Shown piece by piece: positions 58,427 to 64,000 of a stretch of 64,000 nucleotides of DNA. The stretch is from Candidatus Omnitrophota bacterium (lineage in GTDB: Bacteria; Omnitrophota; Gorgyraeia; Zapsychrales; JAHFFX01). Numbering within the stretch: the first letter of the stretch is position 1; each line of letters opens with the position of its first letter. Position numbers and translations under genes: made by a program. The DNA is taken from NCBI GenBank assembly GCA_023247725.1, contig JAHFFW010000008.1:7359-71358 (forward strand), given 5' to 3'. The notes beneath the pieces are model-generated. The model was not told the origin of the DNA and did not search any database. It saw only the letters and a list, made by a program, of their open reading frames with translations.

Positions 58427-60795
58427 ACGAAGCTGAAACAAGAGCGGAACTGATTGATCCGAAACTCAAGGAAAGCGGTTGGGGCGTGGTTGAGGGCTCC
58501 AAAGTCCTTCGGGAATATCACATCACTGCTGGCAAAATCCAAGTTGGCGGGGGCCGGGCTAAGCCGCTTATTGCCGATTATGTTCTTGTCTTTCATGGCC
58601 GCAAGCTGGCCGCGATTGAAGCTAAAAGCGATGAAGAAGAAGTCGGCGAAGGTGTCGCACAGGCCAAAAATTACGCCGAAAAAATGTGTTTGGAAACGAC
58701 TTATGCCGCCAACGGCAAAGAGATTTATCAAGTTTGCATGAAGACCGGCAAGGAAGGCCCGGTTGCCAAATTCCCCACTCCGCAGGAACTCTGGAACAAA
58801 ACATTTGCCCAAGAGAATCAGTGGCGGGATAAATTCAGCCATGTGCCTTTTGAGGATGTTGGCGGTACCAAGTACGTCCGCTATTATCAGGAAATCGCCG
58901 TCAATAATACCATGTCTTCAATTGCCGACGGCAAACAGCGTATTCTACTGACACTCGCGACAGGTACGGGAAAGACTTTTATTGCTTTTCAGATTGCGTG
59001 GAAACTTTATCATGCCCGCTGGAATTTAAAGCGTGACGGCGCGCGCAGGCCGCGTATTTTGTTTCTGGCTGACAGAAATATTTTGGCTGATCAGGCATTC
59101 AATGATTTTTCATCCTTCCCCGAAGACGTGTTAGTGCGGATTAATCCTAAAGAAATCAGTAAAAAAGGAAGTGTGCCGACCAATGGAAGTATTTTCTTTA
59201 CCATCTTTCAAACATTTATGAGCGGCAAAAATAACACGCCATATTTCGGGGAATACCCAGCGGATTATTTTGACTTTATCATCATTGACGAATGCCATCG
59301 GGGCGGCGCCAACGACGAAGGCAACTGGCGAGGGATTTTAGAATATTTTTCGCCTGCTGTTCAACTGGGGTTGACCGCGACACCCAAACGCCGGGACAAT
59401 GTGGACACTTATCGCTATTTCGGCGATCCGGTTTATATTTATTCGCTTAAAGAAGGCATCAACGACGGATTTTTAACGCCGTTTAAGGTTAAACGGATCA
59501 AGACAACCCTAGACGATTATATTTACACATCCGACGATCAGATTGTTGAGGGTGAAGTTGAAGAAGGCAAGATTTATAAAGAGCCTGATTTCAATAAAAT
59601 TATTGAGATCAAAGAACGCGAAGCCAAACGGGTGAAGATATTTCTTTCTGAAATCAATCAGAATGAAAAGGCGATAGTTTTTTGTGCCAATCAAGACCAC
59701 GCGGCGGCGGTGCGGGATTTGATCAACCAGTATAAAAAAAGCCCAGAGCCAAATTACTGCGTGCGGGTTACCGCTAACGACGGCGCGTTAGGTGATCAAT
59801 ATTTGCGTGATTTTCGGGATAATGAAAAAACTATCCCGACGATTTTAACAACTTCACAAAAGCTGTCCACCGGCGTGGATGCCCGCAATATCCGTAACAT
59901 TATCCTTATGCGCCAGATTAATTCGATGATTGAGTTTAAACAGATTATTGGACGCGGCACACGATTATTCGATGGAAAAGAATATTTTACCATTTATGAT
60001 TTTGTTGACGCATATCATCATTTTGCTGATCCCGAATGGGACGGTGAGCCGATTGTTGAGGTCTGTTCTAAGTGTCTGGAGAATCCCTGTGTCTGCGAGA
60101 AAACACCGCCGCGTCCATGTCCTCGATGTGGACAGAGGCCTTGTGTATGTGAGAAACCGCCAGAACCGCCCTGTCCAAGATGCGGAAAAAATCCTTGCGC
60201 GTGTCCCAGAAAAGTGAAAATCAAATTGCGTGACGGCAAGGAGCGCGAAATTCAACATATGATCGCAACTTCTTTTTGGAGTGCAGACGGCAAGCCGATT
60301 TCAGCCGAAGAATTTTTGAAGGGTCTGTTTGGGAAACTGCCTGATTTTTTTAAAAGTGAAGATGAACTGCGCAAAATCTGGTCTAGTCCTATTACACGTA
60401 AAGCATTGCTCGAAAATCTCGCTTCTGCCGGATACGGCAAGGACGAATTGACTACTTTACAGAAATTAATTGATGCTGAAAAAAGTGATCTGTTTGATGT
60501 TATCGAGTTCGTCTCTTTTGCGTTGAAGCCGATTACTAGAGAAAAACGTGTTGCTTTGGCACAATTTAAAATTTTTGCAGGCTTGGGTGATAAACAAAAA
60601 GATTTTTTAGAATTTGTGCTTTCCAAATATATTGAAACCGGCGTTGAGGAATTGGATCAGGAAAAACTCCCAGATCTTTTGACGCTCAAATATCAAGCCA
60701 TCAGTGATGCGGAGGATATCCTGGGTGGTGTGGACAATATCCGCACGACGTTTATTGAGTTTCAGAAGTATTTATATGAGAAAGCTGTTGTGTGA
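58423..60795 (+). CDS. hsdR: Type I R-M endonuclease/translocase subunit (EcoAI/EcoEI-like short R)
   Basis: NEAETR..LID, ADY...IEAK, ATGTGKT, DECHRG, LTATP, QIIGRGTR. Confidence 0.95.
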   Translation: MNEAETRAELIDPKLKESGWGVVEGSKVLREYHITAGKIQVGGGRAKPLIADYVLVFHGRKLAAIEAKSDEEEVGEGVAQAKNYAEKMCLETTYAANGKEIYQVCMKTGKEGPVAKFPTPQELWNKTFAQENQWRDKFSHVPFEDVGGTKYVRYYQEIAVNNTMSSIADGKQRILLTLATGTGKTFIAFQIAWKLYHARWNLKRDGARRPRILFLADRNILADQAFNDFSSFPEDVLVRINPKEISKKGSVPTNGSIFFTIFQTFMSGKNNTPYFGEYPADYFDFIIIDECHRGGANDEGNWRGILEYFSPAVQLGLTATPKRRDNVDTYRYFGDPVYIYSLKEGINDGFLTPFKVKRIKTTLDDYIYTSDDQIVEGEVEEGKIYKEPDFNKIIEIKEREAKRVKIFLSEINQNEKAIVFCANQDHAAAVRDLINQYKKSPEPNYCVRVTANDGALGDQYLRDFRDNEKTIPTILTTSQKLSTGVDARNIRNIILMRQINSMIEFKQIIGRGTRLFDGKEYFTIYDFVDAYHHFADPEWDGEPIVEVCSKCLENPCVCEKTPPRPCPRCGQRPCVCEKPPEPPCPRCGKNPCACPRKVKIKLRDGKEREIQHMIATSFWSADGKPISAEEFLKGLFGKLPDFFKSEDELRKIWSSPITRKALLENLASAGYGKDELTTLQKLIDAEKSDLFDVIEFVSFALKPITREKRVALAQFKIFAGLGDKQKDFLEFVLSKYIETGVEELDQEKLPDLLTLKYQAISDAEDILGGVDNIRTTFIEFQKYLYEKAVV

Positions 60796-60859
60796 TAGGC
60801 AAGGTTAGATACAAATACTTTCTGTTTAGCAAATATGTTGTTTAGGGTAAAATGAAATT

Positions 60860-61018
60860 ATGAGTCGAGTCACTGTAAAACCTGAAATGTTAAGCTGGGC
60901 TTGTGAAAGGTCTGGCCATAGCGCAGAAGATATGCGCAAAAGGTTCCCCAAGTTTGATCTTTGGAATCGTGGAGAAGCAAGCCCGACACTTAAAGAAAGG
61001 TTTTTAAACCGTTTCTGA
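60860..61018 (+). pseudogene. 5' fragment of an XRE-HTH / ImmA-IrrE metallopeptidase gene
   Basis: MSRVTVKPEMLSWACERSG...W.RGEASPTLK, then similarity breaks and a stop follows (52 aa). Confidence 0.65.
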
Positions 61019-61278
61019 CTTATACTTAGGAGTTCAAGAAGTTAGATTAGAAGTGGCAAAAGAGGACATTTCCGGTGGAACTTATTGAAGATGCAGACGA
61101 TATTTAGAAACGGTCTAAAGGCTTCTCGCTGGCTTCAAAGTAATGTCGCTCCGGTTTTTGATACAAAAGAGATTTTAAAAGCTAGTACAGAATTCTCCAA
61201 TATTGCGACGTTCTTCTTTCAGATTTTTTACATTCAATTCAAGATCAATAAACTCTTATCTCTTAATCAAAAATTGGT

Positions 61279-61890
61279 GTGAAGGTGGAAACTGAGAATC
61301 CCCGTATAGTTCTGGTAACAATTGGAATAATAGGAGGGGTTCTCTTAATTCAATGGTTTTCTAAAAGAAAAAAGCTTGAACAAGACTTATTAAATTATGG
61401 CGTCGAAATGCAGGCAAATGTCATCAAGAAAGGATGGGCATTCCGTGGCCTGCGAGATCTTCATATCCATTACGAAATCAACGGAAGAGAAGTCACTAAA
61501 GTCATTTCGGTAGATATTAGTCATGAGAATATAAAAAGTATGCCTATATTGATTGATCCCATGAACCCAAAAAGGGTTTTATATAATATGAGAAAGTTTG
61601 ATTTAAAAAAAGTCAGTGAAGATTCTGTTACCAATTTCAAAGAGAGATATGAAGCAAATAAAACTGATTATGATAAAGGTGCTGAAGAGGGATTCGAGGG
61701 GAAACCCATGAAGGAAAAGGAAAGTGCCGAATATATTCAAGGCTATGAAGATGGCGTTGAAGATCTTCATTACGACGAGGGATTTAAAGATGGATGTGAA
61801 GGGAAGCCTATGAAGGAAAATCCAAACGCTCAATACGAGGAAGGCTATAAAGATAGCATTGAAGATCGCCGTGAAGATGACAAAGAGTAA
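61279..61890 (+). CDS. Membrane protein with a DUF3592-like beta domain and an acidic C-terminal tandem repeat
   Basis: TM helix; L...GV...A.V, Y..NG, I.IDP.NP; two ~34-aa YDxG..GKPMKE...Y..GY.D units. Confidence 0.65.
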   Translation: MKVETENPRIVLVTIGIIGGVLLIQWFSKRKKLEQDLLNYGVEMQANVIKKGWAFRGLRDLHIHYEINGREVTKVISVDISHENIKSMPILIDPMNPKRVLYNMRKFDLKKVSEDSVTNFKERYEANKTDYDKGAEEGFEGKPMKEKESAEYIQGYEDGVEDLHYDEGFKDGCEGKPMKENPNAQYEEGYKDSIEDRREDDKE

Positions 61891-62039
61891 GGAGTTTATC
61901 CAACAGCAAGAATTGTGTTGATTACTCTGAAGAGAAATAGATGAATGTCATGATCATTCATCTCACAAATGAGATGGACACCTAAAAGATGGTTTCATAA
62001 ATGATTGATATGAATAAGGTTGAAAATCGTATTTTTATT

Positions 62040-62061
62040 GAGACCTACGGATGACCGTTGG
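62040..62061 (+). repeat. Direct repeat 2, inside a miaB-like 5' fragment (MNKVENRIFIETYG*)
   Basis: gagacctacggatgaccgttgg. Confidence 0.6.
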
Positions 62062-62110
62062 TGCAAGTACCGTACGACGATTTTAGGGATTTTGAAGAGG
62101 ATAAATGGCT

Positions 62111-64000
62111 ATGGATAAAAGAGTTGTAAAAAAACAAATAATTTTGAGTGGGATTTTGGTTATGCTCTATTTATTGGCCTCTATCCATCCCGCCAATGCC
62201 CAACCTCAACAAAAAACCGTTGATGAGTTATTAACTCTTCAAGGACAAGAATTTTACCGACAAGCCAACCAGTTTGCTTCCCAATGTTTATGGCAGGAAT
62301 GTACCGGCCGTTTGCCGGAATTTTGGCGCCTTTTGGATCATCTCGAACAACAGACTGATAAAGATGAAAGTATTGAAAGCCTCTTAGCCACCCAGTACTT
62401 GGCCTCGGCAATTTTAAAATACGGTGGTAACGAAGATTATCAAAAACTTTTAGCCCTTTACGATACAGTTTCGTCCGAATCTCGTCGTCAGTCGCCATTT
62501 ATAGATTCGCTCAGTGCTTTTTGGATCAAGCAAGAGTTAACGAAAGTATTCAGTGAAGAAAGACCTAAGAAAATCACTTTTGTCAAAGGTAATTTTACAC
62601 TGCCGCCACAATTAGCTAATGCCAGTGAAGAATTAAAAAATACTTGGATGATGTATAAAGAAGTCATAACGACGTACGAAAATAAATTGGAAACTTATAA
62701 AGATAAAAAATGGATATACACACAAAACAGTTGGCCGGTTTTTTATGGAGTGATTGCAGATTTTCTCCATGATAAGAAAGAAAATGCTATAGGAAAGATG
62801 ACGCAGTTTGAATGGGGCGGTTGGTGCGGGACTGGAAGCGATACATTGTTTACTCCGAAGACGCGTACCATTTGGATGGCATTTTTAAAAGAGCGTAATT
62901 ATCCTTTGGCCTTGGGCGCGCTTTTATCCTACATGAATCAAGGGAGCAGAATGATGCTCAATGCCGATCAAGATTTTCTTTGGCAGAAGCAATTCATTGA
63001 ATGGTGTTGTTTCAACTGGGAAACACTTTTGGTGGGAGCGGTGTTAGACGGTCGTGCCGAATATCTTCGATTTTTGGGAACGTATGGTTCTCAAAAGACA
63101 GCGCAGTATTTAAGTTTGATGGGGGCGCTACCGATGGATAGTTGGACTAAAGAGACGTATTTGCGATCGGTAGCGGCTTTTATTACGCCGGGATGTCTAG
63201 TCGGTAATTACGGAACGGCCAGTTCTGCCGATATCACTCGTCAAGCCAAGAATGAAATTCCTCAAGAAACACAAAAGAAACTTTTGGATATTTTAACCTC
63301 GCCAGTCAACCCCGATATTGATAGCAATATGATGGATACAGTCAGTCACCTTTTAACTCCACTGTGTCGTCCGGAGACAAAAGAGTCGCTTAAAAAAATT
63401 TTACAATCACCGTATACTGAACCGCGCAAACGCGCAGTTATTGCTTTAGAGGCATTAGGCGAAAAGGTTGAGATTCCGATAGATCCCGGCCCTGTCCATT
63501 TTCGTCTGCTCGTTAATGGCACACCTTTAGCTAACCAAGATGTGGAATGGACGCTTGAACAAAAAGACCAGCAAGTGAGTAGTTCTGTTCACACGGATGA
63601 GAATGGTCAATTTAGTTTGCAAAGGAATTACTTGGTCGATCCAACCAGAAACTGGAAATTGATTGTTTCCTCTGGCCGCAACATGAAGAATATAAGGGAT
63701 GTATTCTTTAATTTCAAATCCGATTTACCGAAAAATTTTGACAAACCGATTGATATCCCACTCAAAACATCGGCGCTGACCTTAAGCCTTCATTTAAATC
63801 ATCCAGATGATTATTACAAAGATAAGCAGATGGGGATTCGCCTTCATTATAATGGCCCGGGTGGAGGAGGATTAGTCTATTTTCAGGCCGTTGGTGAAGA
63901 ATTTAAATTGCCTGTTACTTCAAAAATCACATTTCCACGTTTGGTATCTGGCGAATACTACATCACAATCTTCGTTCCCGGTTCAGCAATGTGGGCTCAA
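62111..64000 (+). CDS. Large secreted hypothetical protein (>630 aa, truncated by the window end; absent from the ORF track)
   Basis: GAGGA RBS; signal peptide ending ANA-Q; no stop found to 64000; WGGWCGTG motif, HEAT-like RKRAVIALEALG, transthyretin/Cna-like G.PLAN..V...TDENGQF. Confidence 0.8.
   Translation, partial: MDKRVVKKQIILSGILVMLYLLASIHPANAQPQQKTVDELLTLQGQEFYRQANQFASQCLWQECTGRLPEFWRLLDHLEQQTDKDESIESLLATQYLASAILKYGGNEDYQKLLALYDTVSSESRRQSPFIDSLSAFWIKQELTKVFSEERPKKITFVKGNFTLPPQLANASEELKNTWMMYKEVITTYENKLETYKDKKWIYTQNSWPVFYGVIADFLHDKKENAIGKMTQFEWGGWCGTGSDTLFTPKTRTIWMAFLKERNYPLALGALLSYMNQGSRMMLNADQDFLWQKQFIEWCCFNWETLLVGAVLDGRAEYLRFLGTYGSQKTAQYLSLMGALPMDSWTKETYLRSVAAFITPGCLVGNYGTASSADITRQAKNEIPQETQKKLLDILTSPVNPDIDSNMMDTVSHLLTPLCRPETKESLKKILQSPYTEPRKRAVIALEALGEKVEIPIDPGPVHFRLLVNGTPLANQDVEWTLEQKDQQVSSSVHTDENGQFSLQRNYLVDPTRNWKLIVSSGRNMKNIRDVFFNFKSDLPKNFDKPIDIPLKTSALTLSLHLNHPDDYYKDKQMGIRLHYNGPGGGGLVYFQAVGEEFKLPVTSKITFPRLVSGEYYITIFVPGSAMWAQ

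Larger units (their letters stand above)
51730..64000. mobile_element. Accessory/defence island (no integrase inside the window; continues past the right edge)
   Basis: Abrupt switch from housekeeping genes to TA, R-M and gene fragments; visibly more AT-rich from about 52550. Confidence 0.65.

Noticed and set aside
61085-61282. 65-aa ORF
   Set aside because: TTG start without an RBS and no motifs; probably decayed sequence
62001-62129. Selenoprotein (TGA at the MiaB Cys position read as Sec)
   Set aside because: Sequence after the TGA is not MiaB-like, the product would be about 40 aa, and the downstream hairpin lies too close for a typical bacterial SECIS; not fully excluded
51730-64000. 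Integron cassette array
   Set aside because: No intI, and no convincing RYYYAAC...GTTRRRY attC hairpins were found between the genes

Overview
Bacterial chromosomal segment from a diderm (LPS-producing) organism. Gene content suggests Ca. Omnitrophota or a related PVC-type lineage; this is an inference, not tested. Every credible gene is on the + strand. Positions 1-51.7 kb hold conserved housekeeping genes: heptose/Kdo/Lpt LPS cluster, tig-clpP, class V aminotransferase-serA, purA, uppS-cdsA-dxr-rseP-cpaF-proS-rimP-nusA-infB-trpS-scpA-ruvB, spoIID-queA-TPR-tgt-trmD-rplS-rnhB-yraN, folD, polA-glgA-coaE-rho and rpmE-prfA-prmC-murA. An accessory/defence region starts directly after murA and is visibly more AT-rich from about 52.55 kb. 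It contains toxin-antitoxin remnants, a clade-2 chlorite dismutase, an AbiE pair, a 51-aa RadC-N-only ORF, a type I R-M system with an embedded HEPN-like gene, gene fragments and a large secreted protein that runs off the window. Main unexplained signals: (1) a dispersed ~117-165 bp palindromic element, one copy in frame inside a lipoprotein signal peptide and another supplying the ruvB ribosome-binding site; (2) two 19/22-identical sites resembling the miaB 5' end that bracket the ~9.6 kb AbiE/R-M block; (3) a translationally coupled abiEi-abiEii-radC(N)-hsdM-HEPN-hsdS-hsdR operon; (4) several degenerate redox 'pseudo-enzymes'. All calls come from motif recognition by eye; no database searches were run.
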